Assembly: GCF_001194135.2 (NCBI RefSeq) | Contig: NC_068998.1 | Location: 21,992,954 to 22,032,750, forward strand | DNA: 39,797 nt | Source: Octopus bimaculoides | Taxonomy: Eukaryota | Direction of reading: 5' to 3' | Shown: positions 1 through 12,373 of the stretch, piece after piece | Position numbering within the stretch: the first letter of the stretch is position 1 | How the letters are laid out: each line of letters starts with the position of its first letter | Notes under the pieces: model-generated | Told to the model about the DNA's origin: nothing | Seen by the model: only the letters and a program-made list of their open reading frames with translations | The model's database searches: none | Program-made: the position numbers and the translations under genes

Positions 1-32
<32 letters not shown>

Positions 33-447
33 ATTTGTATATGTATATATATAGTAAGAGAGATAGAGAGAGATTCTGACTGAATCTGCCATATGTTAAC
101 ATGTACCTCCTTGTGACAATGTAAACTTTCATTTCATCACGATTTCATTGGGGTGAAGAGTAGCCTGCGATATACAACACGCTTGGATATTTACCATTTC
201 CGAGGTTCCAAACGCTATGGGATACATGTAGCCTGCATCGCATCTACTCCATTTCTTACCTTTTGTATTCTTATTCGCATACCCGGCAGCCCTGTTTAGC
301 TACCGTGAAATATAAACAACGTTTTTCAATTCATCGTACTTCGATCAGAAAAAATCCACTATCATCGTCTCAATAGAGTTGTTTTTTTGTTTACTACTGA
401 TTGCTTGAACATAACTTTCTTCATACACCTCGATCCTTGGATCATAT

Positions 448-452
<5 letters not shown>

Positions 453-529
<77 letters not shown>

Positions 530-745
530 ATGTGTATGTGTGTGTGTGTGTGTGTGTGTATGTTTGTGTGTGTATGTGTATATATATATATATGTGTGTC
601 TATGTGTATATATATATATGTATATATATATATGTATATATATANNNNNNNNNNNNNNNNNNNNNNNNNNNNNNNNNNNNNNNNNNNNNNNNNNNNNNNN
701 NNNNNNNNNNNNNNNNNNNNNNNNNNNNNNNNNNNNNNNNNNNNN

Positions 746-788
<43 letters not shown>

Positions 789-798
789 TATACATATG

Positions 799-829
<31 letters not shown>

Positions 830-905
830 ATATATATACATACACACACAAACAAGCACAGACAGACACACAAACATACACACACACACGCACGCATACA
901 TCTAT
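453..905. repeat. Compound microsatellite (CT)n-(TA)n-(GT)n-(CA)n spanning an N gap (645-745)
   Basis: Directly visible dinucleotide runs; source of the YIYI/ERER/CVCV pseudo-ORFs. Confidence 0.97.
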
Positions 906-2584
906 ATATAAACATTCATTTCGAAAATAAGTAGACAACCTTTTTATCCTAGTGACTCTGCTTGATACTTGAAACTGTTAATGAATCAGTTTTTATTTCA
1001 GATAATAGAGTTTTAATTCTTTATAGCAACTACCTACACCTCTAACACTAGAAGCAACATTTAATTTGGGTTTTTAGACAAGATATATTGGGTTTCAATC
1101 TGGTAGTCGCATTCGTCGGCGTAAGAATGCACAAAACCTTGGTGTCCTTTGCCACCTTGAAAAGAGAGATTGTACAACTAACCAGCAACGAAAAAAATCA
1201 ACAATATCCCTCTTACATCCACCCGGTCTGCCTGACAGATATTGTATGTCAGCTGATGTTAAAGGGCAACTCCAAATGTGTCTGAGTACTTTTGCAACGT
1301 TGTTTATCAGGATGACTGCATAGGCTGAGAAGCGGGGAATAAAATTCTTCTTAGACATTCAAATATCTAAAAAGGGAGAAACATTACTTTCAAAAATGAT
1401 GTCTGTATATATATGCTTATATATGAGATATTTACAAAGTTGAACAGGAATGTCTTTTCTTATAAATTTTCGACTTTAATAATTAGATATTTGTAGATTG
1501 AAGATAAACTGCACCGACGAAGTCAGTGGGAAGTCTGTTTAAGATGATTCGAGAGGATTTTTCCGGCAACAGAAAGCAGCGATATGCCATAATGATTGTT
1601 GCTTTCACATTTATTACCTTTATACTTATATAGATGTACAATCGTTGCATCTTTAAATTACTGAGAGGCAGTTCTTATTTGCCACATTTGAACTATAAGC
1701 TCTGTCAATTTATGAACGAGTAAACACTTAATGATTTATGATCTCCTGATAACATATAAACAAATTGGTGGCATGTTCACTGAAGAGCAATGGTACAGAT
1801 TTTATCTGGTTTACAAATTAACAGTAAATAGGTATTTCTAATTCTTGAAGGTAATTGAAGGTATTTCTAATTATTAATTAGGTTCATGTACATACTGCAA
1901 CAAGTAGCACGTAATCATCTTATTTCTTTCTAAAATAGAGAACACAATTGAACTGTACTAGTCTGACCTGGTTCATTGGAAATTTAAGAGATAGAGACAA
2001 CAAATATGACAGTAAATGCTCCATTATATTTATTTATAGAGCTTCACTATATACTAATAGGAATGGCAACTGGGATCTCTGCGTAGAAGACGTTCCATAT
2101 CCTTACATTTAAATGCAAATTATTAAACGAATTAATGATAAAATATGTACATTCATATACATTTTTTTAAAAATTTTCCGAATAAGTAATTTTAATTTGA
2201 ACTCTGATAGAAGGGCACATAAGTTTACCTAATAAAATGCTCACAAGCATGTCTTGTATAGATTTTAGCTAATTTACTCTGGTCTACTGCCCCAAATGCA
2301 AGGATACTATCACGATTATATTATTTCTTCTACTAAATTTCTTCTACTAAACGCGTGTGTTTTACCTTACTTCATTCAGTTAAATTAATATTGAACTTTT
2401 AATATTCGGAGTAGTATAAAATATATTGATATGGACAAGTAAAATCAAGTCAAAAATTATTAATATTTTCCTTATTTTGTCATCCTTAAAATTGTTAATT
2501 TACTTATTTGATACTATACTTTCAGATCATCTTTAAAGTGAGCGATGAGTGGTGTGAATGTATCCTGACCTACATAAGATACCT

Positions 2585-2630
2585 TCAACAGACATGGCTG
2601 TGTGGTAAAAAGTTCGCTCTTCAAACCGCA
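2585..2630 (+). mobile_element. 5'-truncated tRNA-type SINE head fragment
   Basis: ATGGCTGTGTGGTAAAAAGTTCGCT resembles the head of the longer SINE at 26555-26950 (GTGGTTGTGTGGTAAGAAGCTTG on the minus strand). Confidence 0.5.
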
Positions 2631-2644
2631 CACATGTAGTATTA

Positions 2645-3150
2645 GAGGCGCGTTCAAAAATTATCCGATTTTATTTTTTCCCACCGAAGCTAATGTTGCA
2701 TGGGTAAAATCCTCTGGGTGAGACGTGATACCACTCTTTCTGCGCTTGCGTCAATACTTGTCGCGTGTAAGCCATGTCAATTTCCGGCTGTTAAGCCTAG
2801 ACTACAGACATGTATATTCACTCGTCGGATTTTTCTTTTCGCGCAAGATGAGTCGAGGAGAGACCAGAAACTCACGTCTCATGATTTGTGATGATGGTCT
2901 TCAAATAGTCTGAATCATGGTTTGTATAGCCCAGCATGTTTAGAACGATCTCCGTGTAGAGTTGTTTCTGCTGCTTCGCCAGCACCTTGGGGATGAATTT
3001 CGCAGACACTCAACAGTAAAACTGAATTCCCTGATCCTGGCCTTGCCCACACTTCATGACCAATTTCCTGGATTGTTACACGACAATCTGCCATGACTAT
3101 TCGCCAAAACGTCTCAATCGATACCTCGTCCGGGCTTGCAGATGCTCACT
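2645..3150 (-). mobile_element. Mariner (Tc1/mariner) DNA transposon relic
   Basis: Minus-strand translation of ~2880-3120 gives IVMADCRVTIQEIGHEV...SAKFIPKVLAKQQKQLYTEIVLNMLGYTNHDSDYLKTIITNHET*V, matching the mariner HTH / WVPxxL / ITGDETW region with frameshifts; TIR-like GAGGCGCGTTCAAAAATTATCCG at ~2647. Confidence 0.8.
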
Positions 3151-3599
3151 TTTCATTTATTAAATGCTTAAAATACATAAGGTATAAGGTATTAACTAAA
3201 TAAGCCTTAAAATATTCACCGAATTTTTTTTGTTTTGGTTTTTGTATAATCCTATAGATTCCCGTGTGGAGAATACGAATTCGCAAGCATTTTCTGAAAA
3301 TTCGCAAAACTAAAAGTGTTGTGAGGGGCTATATGGTGCCCGTAGTGCCGGATTCCGACAATATTTCACTTCTTTACATTTGACAAAACATGCAGTCTCG
3401 TACAAAATGACAGCTTCCGAATCCTGTTTCCTGACTGGGTAAGAATTATCAAACTTCAAACCTCTGTAATTTGAAAACAAAACTTTTCTGGAAAAATTGA
3501 ATTAGACCCTGAGATTCACCGTTGAAAATTACATTAATACACCGAATTTTAGAATTTCCACAGGTGTAGCCAAATATAAAAGATTTCTGTCTGTAATGA

Positions 3600-3690
3600 T
3601 AAATATGAGGATGTTGATGAGGATGCATATGATGACGTTGACGACGACGACAACGACGACGATGATGATGGTGATGATGATGATGATGCC
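3600..3690. repeat. (GAT)/(GAC)n trinucleotide microsatellite
   Basis: Visible degenerate trinucleotide run; explains the poly-His ORF 3449-3724. Confidence 0.9.
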
Positions 3691-4001
3691 AAGCAATAGA
3701 ACCATGTACAGTATGTAAAAACATGAACTCACGGAACTGTCATCATGGAAGATTAAGTTCAATTCATTTATTTTAATTTATTTTCCCCCTCTCTAAAAAA
3801 AGCATGACTAAATAGTGTTACATAACGTTGGACACTGGCAGCAATTTTCGATAAAATATCAATATCTTCTTTTCATGTCGATAATAACTTATTCAATACA
3901 ATCTGCTCAATCTACAAAAGTGTGATTAATATAAATGTGCTTCTGTTTAAGATCTTAACCATTTTAATGCACACACAGACCCACATGCGTGGGCCGACGC
4001 A

Positions 4002-4037
<36 letters not shown>

Positions 4038-5557
4038 TGTAGATAAACTTAACCCACGCACACTTCCATCTTTTCATCTTCTTAAGCAATTCCCCAATTT
4101 ATATCTCATAACTATAATTTGTGTTAATATGTTCTTGGGAATACCATTAACATGCCATATCATTTCTGTTTGAATTATTTGCTAATGATTGAGTTTTCTA
4201 AATGTATTCCTTAACCCCTGCAAAACCTGTCAATATATACCACTTAGAAATTTCAAAGGAAAATTATAAATTCATCCCACATATTTGTTATATAAAATTC
4301 ATCATGATTTTATATCTTTTCGTTAGCTTATTACTGCTATACGTGCAATATTTATTTGATCATCGTACACAATCAAATTCGTTGTGGGAAACATTGACAG
4401 TAGTGCTCTGAAAAGAACTTACATCATCTCTTACGCGCTGAACTGTAGTCCTATCGTATGTTTCACTGCTGTTAAAAGAAAATATACGTAAACTTCAATT
4501 TGTGTGTTTCCAAAAATGTTGTCGCTAAAACAGTAAAATAGGACTGAATTAAAATAATTCGATACCTCGATTTACTGTTTACATTTCGTAGTAATTTAAA
4601 CGTACTATTTGTTCCTTATTATTCATGTGAGCAAAACGAACTGGATATAATTGTATAATAATATATTTTCAGCAAATACATTCATAAAATCTTAATTCAT
4701 TGGAGTTCGTCCTACTCTAATGGTCCAATCTCCTGAATGAGGAATACCATATTAGTTGACGTTTATTGTGTTAGTTATTTACAGTATACTAAATTTATAA
4801 TCGTTCTTAATTTAATCGATTTATAATCGTTCTTAAAATGATGGTCTGATAATACTCACCGTGTGATGTTGTTGGAAATGAATACAGTCATCATAACCAT
4901 CCCGAAATATAGTACTGTGTTACAATAATTATTTACTTATCATCATCTTCCTCTTAGTCATCTACCCATCTCTCACTAAAATCTTTTATCTGTCAGTTCA
5001 TGCATTCATATTTTTTTACTCATTATCCTATTTGTATATAGGAATTTACAGTTATATTCAATATTACTGTTAAGAAGTTTCACAAAATGATGATACATAA
5101 AATTTTAAAAAAAGTTTAAAATTACCCCCCAAAATCACTTTACATATTCGTTTATTCATCTTTTGATATTTCTCCATGTATTCACATAATTTACTTTAGC
5201 TACATATCTGCAAAAAGCTCACGTTCTTTTCCTCTCTCTTCTATCTGACATTCTTTTCATTTAAATTACACAATGATCTTAAGTGTAAGGTCTTTTACAG
5301 TTTTCTCTATCTATTATGGGGAGAATGACCGAACAAATCGGATCATATCTACCAATGAAGAAATTCCATTTTATTCAAATGTACCAAATCAAGCGTAAAG
5401 CCCCAAATTCCTATTGTTTTGATAGATTCTGAGACTGAGGAAACAGAGATGGCTACATAAGAGTTATTACTTTGAAATATAGATGTGCGTCCACAGATGT
5501 CCTCTTGTCTCCAGAATAACTTGTGGATTAAGGATAATTATTATGTTTTGAGATTAT

Positions 5558-6035
5558 CTACTTGTCCAACTTCATTTACCTTGCCGAGTTGGAATCGAAA
5601 CATCAAACTTTGCTGCTAACTCACGTGTAGTTTGAGATGTTATCACTTCCATTACAGTTTCTGACTCATCATTATCCACCTTGGTCTCAGCTCTACCACA
5701 GGGCTGATTTTCAAGTGTAAAATCGCCAGATTGGATCTTGTCAAACTATCGACGTACAGTGAGCTCATTCACCACATCTTCACCAAACACCTCATTGATG
5801 TTTCGAGCTGTCTGGGATGCATTGGTTCCACGACGGAACTCATATTCATAAACAACACGAATTTTTGATCTATCCATGGGTTCACAAAAATTGGAGAAAA
5901 CTCACAGCATAATCAGACACCATGAATTGCATTTCGAAACCTGATAATGTAACTCTTCGATGATATAAAATATAGAACTGTCAGAATAAAATATTAGAAT
6001 TAAAGACTTTTCATTCTTAATGACCTGATACTTAA
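5558..6035 (-). mobile_element. Mariner transposase N-terminal relic with 5' end
   Basis: From ATG at 5877: MDRSKIRVVYEYEFRRGTNASQTARNINEVFGEDVVNELTVRR*FDKIQSGDFTLENQPCGRAETKVDNDE...SQTTRELAAKFDVSIPT, then KLDK* after a deletion; typical mariner paired-HTH N-terminus with an in-frame stop replacing Trp. Confidence 0.9.
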
Positions 6036-6084
6036 CCATATATTGATTTCAACGAAGTACAAATTTCTAGTATCTTTCAAAGTA

Positions 6085-6365
6085 AGATCCTCTTCGATGC
6101 AGTTGTAGTGTTTCATCCACTTCGTAAAATCTCCGTAAAAACCTCCAAAATAAAAGTGTCCATCCTTATCACAACGTCTGTCTTCTCAATGTCTTCAAAC
6201 CGTCTTACACTGGAGTTATCCTTCAGCTTGGGGCAAACTAAAAAGTCGCTGGGAGTAATGACTGTACAGCAGAGAGCGTGAAAAACAGTTTTGACCCCAA
6301 ACTCTTTCAAGTAGTTGTGTACCAGAAAGAAATCGTGACAATCCAAATTTAGTAGGTCAGGTCAT
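6085..6365 (-). mobile_element. Mariner transposase C-terminal relic
   Basis: ORF 6113-6346: VHNYLKEFGVKTVFH...PSDFLVCPKLKDNSSVRRFEDIEK...DTFILEVF resembles the decayed YSPDLAPxDFxLFPKLK...RFxD region. Confidence 0.75.
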
Positions 6366-6475
6366 TAACTGTATAAAAATGATATACTAAAATTAGAATT
6401 ATCTAGGACAGTTATAACCGCCTCTCCTAAAATAGTTTCAAAGATTCTGAAATGCACCTCTTTCATATGTACCTC

Positions 6476-6542
6476 CATACATACATACATACATACATAC
6501 ATACATACATACATACATACATACATACAGACATACATACAT
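6476..6542. repeat. (ATAC)n tetranucleotide microsatellite
   Basis: Visible repeat. Confidence 0.97.
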
Positions 6543-8129
6543 GCGCATGCATAAAGACATGCATAATTGTATATGTAAATATATGCTAAGTGTGAATGAA
6601 TTCGGGTGTATGTATACAATATTAAAACTTAGATGAATACACCACATAGAGACCTCTCTCCAATTTCGTTTCCATTCCTGTCTTGTTTACTAATACTAGA
6701 CATTTCCAAGTACTTCCTTCTCAAGTATGTAAGATATGAATCATTAAGTGTTATAGAAGAGTAACTGAAAACAACTGACATTTCTCAGTTTTCATTCCCC
6801 ATTAATACTCACATATTTCCTAAACTATTAACTAATTTCTTCTGTTACTACTCAACATCATACTGCTTGGTATTTCAATTTGGTGGTTTAATATAAAATT
6901 TCGCAAGATTAAACTATGTTTATATCTCAAGTGTTGATATACTACCACGACAATGGCGTCGATTCGAACAATTGTCTTGTGTTAGTGGCAATCAATATTA
7001 ATGAAAGTAACATATACTTTGTTTTTATTTTAGAATTATTTTGTAACTAACCTTTTATCATTTCAATTTTTCAATTATTTAAGTAACACTGAATTAAAAA
7101 CATCAAGCGTCCGTTATATATTACATTCGTTTCAGTTAACCGTCTCTAAGCCTTACATTAAAGTCATTGTTTTATATTTAAATTGTTTGATATCAAAAAG
7201 TGTATTTTACACAATACATTCTTTTGTACTGGCTAAAATTATGCTTCATCATTAATCATTTTAAGTGAATTAATGGGAAATATCTTAATTGTTGTTCAGT
7301 ATTAATTAACAACAAAATTGCTTTACGCATATATTGTCAAAGTAATAAATATTGTTTAATGCACCTGAACTCCTATTTATTAATCGAAACCAAACCATCA
7401 TCACTTTACTCTTGTCCTTCAGTGTTTTCCGTATTAAATGAATGGCCGTAGCTTGTATAACACTGAGGTAATTTATACGTTAGCCTAAGATTGGAAATGA
7501 ATATGCATGGATCTCTCAATTCATTTTATTTATGACGGCGCCATCATTTTATTGTGTAATTCCTGAATTTTAAAATTAATCAGTCGCTTTTATATATAAG
7601 ATATTTAACACAACATCGTCTCTTATATAATGGATAATATCCAGTTGTGTGACATGGCTAAGTATATTAGCATTCTCACAAGCGTTGCCAGAACAGTGAA
7701 GACCCTCTTTATATTTAAAAAATATTGAATTTTAACTTTCATAACGTGTTTTAGCAAAATAAGCCATTCTGCTACTAAAAGGCTATTTTATATAAGGTTC
7801 AAACGCATCGAAAATATTCTCCATATTTTATTTCTGAATATAACAGGTTTAGTTATTTCTTATTAATGCATCCATATGTGATTTGTTTTGGGAAAATAAA
7901 ATGACTGGAGAAAATATGAATAATCCAACTAATATCAACGGAATTAAAATACTTGACTGCTTATTCTGCTATAAAAATAATTTATTCGGGGAATTTTTAG
8001 GCAAATACTGAATAGATTAGTTTTGATACTTAAACTTTTCTGGCAAATGTCATATTTGCATTCACAGTTGTCAAGCGATGCTGGGGGGACAAACAGAAAC
8101 ACAGACATATACACACAATGCATATGTGT

Positions 8130-8134
8130 GTATA

Positions 8135-8191
<57 letters not shown>

Positions 8192-8869
8192 NNNNNNNNN
8201 NNNNNNNNNNNNNNNNNNNNNNNNNNNNNNNNNNNNNNNNNNNNNNNNNNNNNNNNNNNNNNNNNNNNNNNNNNNNNNNNNNNNNNNNNNNNNNNNNNNN
8301 NNNNNNNNNNNNNNNNNNNNNNNNNNNNNNNNNNNNNNNNNNNNNNNNNNNNNNNNNNNNNNNNNNNNNNNNNNNNNNNNNNNNNNNNNNNNNNNNNNNN
8401 NNNNNNNNNNNNNNNNNNNNNNNNNNNNNNNNNNNNNNNNNNNNNNNNNNNNNNNNNNNNNNNNNNNNNNNNNNNNNNNNNNNNNNNNNNNNNNNNNNNN
8501 NNNNNNNNNNNNNNNNNNNNNNNNNNNNNNNNNNNNNNNNNNNNNNNNNNNNNNNNNNNNNNNNNNNNNNNNNNNNNNNNNNNNNNNNNNNNNNNNNNNN
8601 NNNNNNNNNNNNNNNNNNNNNNNNNNNNNNNNNNNNNNNNNNNNNNNNNNNNNNNNNNNNNNNNNNNNNNNNNNNNNNNNNNNNNNNNNNNNNNNNNNNN
8701 NNNNNNNNNNNNNNNNNNNNNNNNNNNNNNNNNNNNNNNNNNNNNNNNNNNNNNNNNNNNNNNNNNNNNNNNNNNNNNNNNNNNNNNNNNNNNNNNNNNN
8801 NNNNNNNNNNNNNNNNNNNNNNNNNNNNNNNNNNNNNNNNNNNNNNNNNNNNNNNNNNNNNNNNNNNNN

Positions 8870-8908
<39 letters not shown>

Positions 8909-8960
8909 CAGACAAATAGATAGATAGGTACAATATATGGATAGATAGATATAGATATAT
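8130..8960. repeat. (TA)n / N gap (8192-8869) / (GA)n-(GATA)n microsatellite block
   Basis: Visible repeats flanking the gap. Confidence 0.95.
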
Positions 8961-9590
8961 ACATATAAACACATATAAACGTAATGGAGAGTTTCAACAC
9001 AGAAATACTATATAATAGTTAATTTCATATCGTCTGGGAACGTTTCAATTTCTTCCCTTTATTTATATTTTGCAATTAAGATTGCATTATGCATTTTAAA
9101 AGTAATGCTCTCTTCAATCTTCATGGCAAAAATACACAAATATTCGTTCACATCTTAATAGACGTAGAGTTTCTTACAGATTGAGATAGCAGTATGTTAA
9201 TGTGTATTTTGTGTATGTCAGTATGTGCTCCTTTTGGATACCTTTCTGAAAATAGCTCGAGGTTAAACTACGACCACAGTGGACATTGGCTAGTTGTGGT
9301 TCTGAAGAACTAGGTCATGCTACCACTCTGCTTAGATCGGTTTTATAAAAGCTCGCTATCATTCCCACCCCTACTCACTTTTGAAAAGAATATAAAGAAA
9401 ATGTATTTTGTATATTAGCAAGAATCCAAATCAATATATGTATTTAATGTCTACTTATTTAGTTCTGAGGATTTCAAACGTATTAAAAATTTTATTTAAT
9501 TAGATATATCAGTCTTATTTGTTGATAGAGTAGGTTATTATTTTCAAATAAATCAGTTTTTATATTTAATAGGGGTATGATTCACTATGT

Positions 9591-9637
<47 letters not shown>

Positions 9638-9849
9638 TTCCTTTCCCTTAGTAAGATCACTACCCCCCATTTGATTAATGTAATTGTTAAATTATTTATT
9701 TTGGTGCATCAGCTGATAGTAAAGGTTTCAATATGTATTCCTCTATTTGTTTAGTATAAAAATATTAGTTCTACAATTTTATTTATTCCCATAAATTATA
9801 TTTAATTGGAATTACTAGACGTATATCTATTCCTATAATGTCTATTTAA

Positions 9850-10488
9850 GTTTATCTATTTAAATTTATTAAACGTATATCTAATCATATGTCAACAACA
9901 AATACATCCTTGTCTCCTATTGTTGATTAATTTTTGCTTGGATATATTGAACTGAAAAATTTCCTCAACACATTTTGTTTCGAATGCTATAAGGCTTTGC
10001 CCTACTGATTACTTCTCTCTTAAGTGCATATACTTTATTTTTGTCCTTAATTACCCAAATTAATCTATTTAATCTAGAGCGAATTTTTATTTCTAAAAGG
10101 GTTTTCATGGTTGGCTACACAGCTTTTTATATAATTTTCCATGGGGCCTATATAGTAGTAATCATGCTCCACTAATGTTACTTTACACCTATATGTTAAA
10201 CTTGTTTCTCTACAATAATTTCGTATGTTCACATTTGTTGGCACAAACACAGGTTTCATTTTCAGGACAGTTCATTGTTTCCTTACAAGTAATGCAGTTC
10301 CTACTTTTCCCGTTTTCAGGGATATTTTACTTTATGTTTATTCCTTGTGTTATGAGCCTTAGCTAATGACTCAACTTCCTTTCCTTTCCTGTTCTTATAT
10401 ATCTTAGTATTTATATTCTAATATATTTTATGTTCGCTGTTGTTACTTTAAGTATCAGCATCTATATTTTAGATTATTTGCATTAGTG

Positions 10489-10568
<80 letters not shown>

Positions 10569-10607
10569 ATTATTATTATTGTTGTTGTTGTTGTTGTTGT
10601 TGTTGTC

Positions 10608-10649
<42 letters not shown>

Positions 10650-11945
10650 ATTACACTTATTTATTCTACTTTTTGAAGGCTGCAAGTTTACATTTTTCGA
10701 TCTGCGTGGGGGAGTAATTTAGCGTTACTTCCCTTTCTTCGTCTGTTGTGTATTTCCCATTATCGTTATGATCTTCGTCATTCTGAGCGTTACGTAAATC
10801 ATTTGTATTTTCCTTACTCCTGTTATTATAAAAACCATTTAATGTTTTAGTATTTAGTGTATATATGATTTGTGCGATATCTTTTGAAACGCAGAAACCC
10901 GCTCTTAATTTGTGTGAGTTTATTATTTTGTGACATTTGTTTTCCTTTGAAAAGTGTTTGGTTACCGCTTTGTAAAATAGTTTCACTATATTGGTTCTAA
11001 TTTGTTCTGGAAATTGTATTATGAACCATGGTATATTATCTTCATAGCAATTACTTTTAGAGTAATTCTTCTGGATGATAATTACTTTTATATATGAGGT
11101 GTAATGTTATACACAATTGTTATGCATATTACCGTTTAGGTTCTCAATTACTACCTTCTTGTTATGGCTTATCCTATTTAGGTTTTGATTTAAGTAGTCA
11201 GAGTTTTTATTATTATAGTGTTTTGTTTTAGGCTTTCTTTCTATTCTGTTATCTTAAATAGTTATTGGTTCCTCTCTGTTTATATCTATATCTCATTGTT
11301 TTTTGGTTTATTTATGCTTTCTATTTGGTTCTTGGTGTTTATTCTTATGTTATTCTCATCTATTGTATACCAAATTCCATTTGTAATCATGTTTTACTTA
11401 GGTTTATCTTCCTCTATTTCAATCTTATTATTGTGAATACCGTTTGGTGTAAAGTTCTTATCATTAGAATTTACGTTTGGTTCATAATATTTTAATCTTC
11501 TTTTGTATCTTTCTTCATGCATATAGTTTCTATTATTAGAATTATCATTGGTCCATATTATTTTAATGTTTGCTTATATGTCTTGCTTTATTTAGTTCTA
11601 TATGATAGTAGTCCACATTCTGTTTAAAACTTTCCTCCTTCGAGAGACTCGAAATTCGTTTTGATATATTTCCAACTAGACTTCGTGTAATGCTTCTTGG
11701 CAAGATACTGTTTATGTCAATGTATCAAAGGTTGGTATTCTGCTTCTGTTAGGCTTTATACATCCCCGTTTCGAGATTACGGGGTTGTGTTCATTTTCGA
11801 TAGTTATGGATAATCCTATGCTCTTGAAGAATTTATAAATTCTTTCTTATATATTTCTAATCTCCTATTAGATAAGTCATCTACTGCAAAAAGTGCGTCA
11901 TCCTTGTATAAACAAACGCCTAGCTCCGGAAATTCTTTAAGTTAA
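9850..11945 (-). mobile_element. Penelope-like retroelement relic (RT C-terminal half, linker, GIY-YIG endonuclease)
   Basis: Minus-strand pieces: GVCLYKDDALFAVDDLSNRRLEIYKKEF..SIGLSITIE (YKDD at 11897-11908); ...ISKRISSLS; NIPWFI...RTNIVKLFYKAVTKHFSKENKCHKIINSHKLRAGF; Cys-rich NCITCKETMNCPENETCVC; SLTYRCKV...YYYIGPMENYIKSCVANHENPFRNK. Order and motifs match the PLE ORF; many stops and frameshifts. Confidence 0.9.
10493..10650. repeat. (ATT)n-(GTT)n trinucleotide microsatellite inside the PLE relic
   Basis: Visible; reads as poly-Asn on the PLE (minus) strand. Confidence 0.97.
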
Positions 11946-12051
11946 ATAATATATATATATATTACCACTAAATCTGTGATGAAATTGATATGAAGCTAAA
12001 CTGGTGTACGCTTGGATAAAATACATCCCTGTGACCGACCAACCTCTTTCT

Positions 12052-12097
<46 letters not shown>

Positions 12098-12159
12098 ATG
12101 TGTGTGTGTGTGTGTGTGTGTGCGTGTGTGTGTATGTGTGTGTTTGTGCTTGTCCTCCA

Positions 12160-12330
12160 CTCATTGCTTGACAACGGATGTTGGTGTGGTTAAGTCCCCG
12201 AAAATTAGCGGTTCGGCAGGAGTAACCGATAATACAAGTACCAAGCTTGCAAAAAATGTCCTGTTCGTGTAAATGTGGTACTCGAGCTTGGCCGCAGTGA
12301 AATGACTGAAACAAGTAAAAGGGTAAAAGA
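12160..12330 (+). mobile_element. SINE 3' half (octopus-type tRNA SINE tail)
   Basis: GCTTGACAAC..GTTGGTGTG..AAGTCCCCG..TTAGCGGTTCGGCA...GGCCGCAGTGAAATGACTGAAACAAGTAAAAG; same family as 24285-24445 and 26555-26715. Confidence 0.8.
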
Positions 12331-12338
12331 ACACACTT

Positions 12339-12373
<35 letters not shown>

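Noticed and set aside
362-938. Long ORFs rich in YIYI/CVCV/ERER/HTHT, and the similar sets at 7.9-9.0, 15.0-15.5, 18.0-19.7, 23.7-24.4, 27.0-27.7, 28.5-29.4 and 36.1-37.2 kb
   Set aside because: Translations of microsatellites and N gaps, which lack stop codons
3449-3724. Poly-His/Arg ORF (minus) and poly-Asp reading (plus)
   Set aside because: Produced by the (GAT/GAC)n microsatellite; the plus frame has a stop immediately upstream
9700-9735. GAAAC...CTGATG near the PLE 3' end as a possible hammerhead
   Set aside because: The core is CTGATGC and no stems pair
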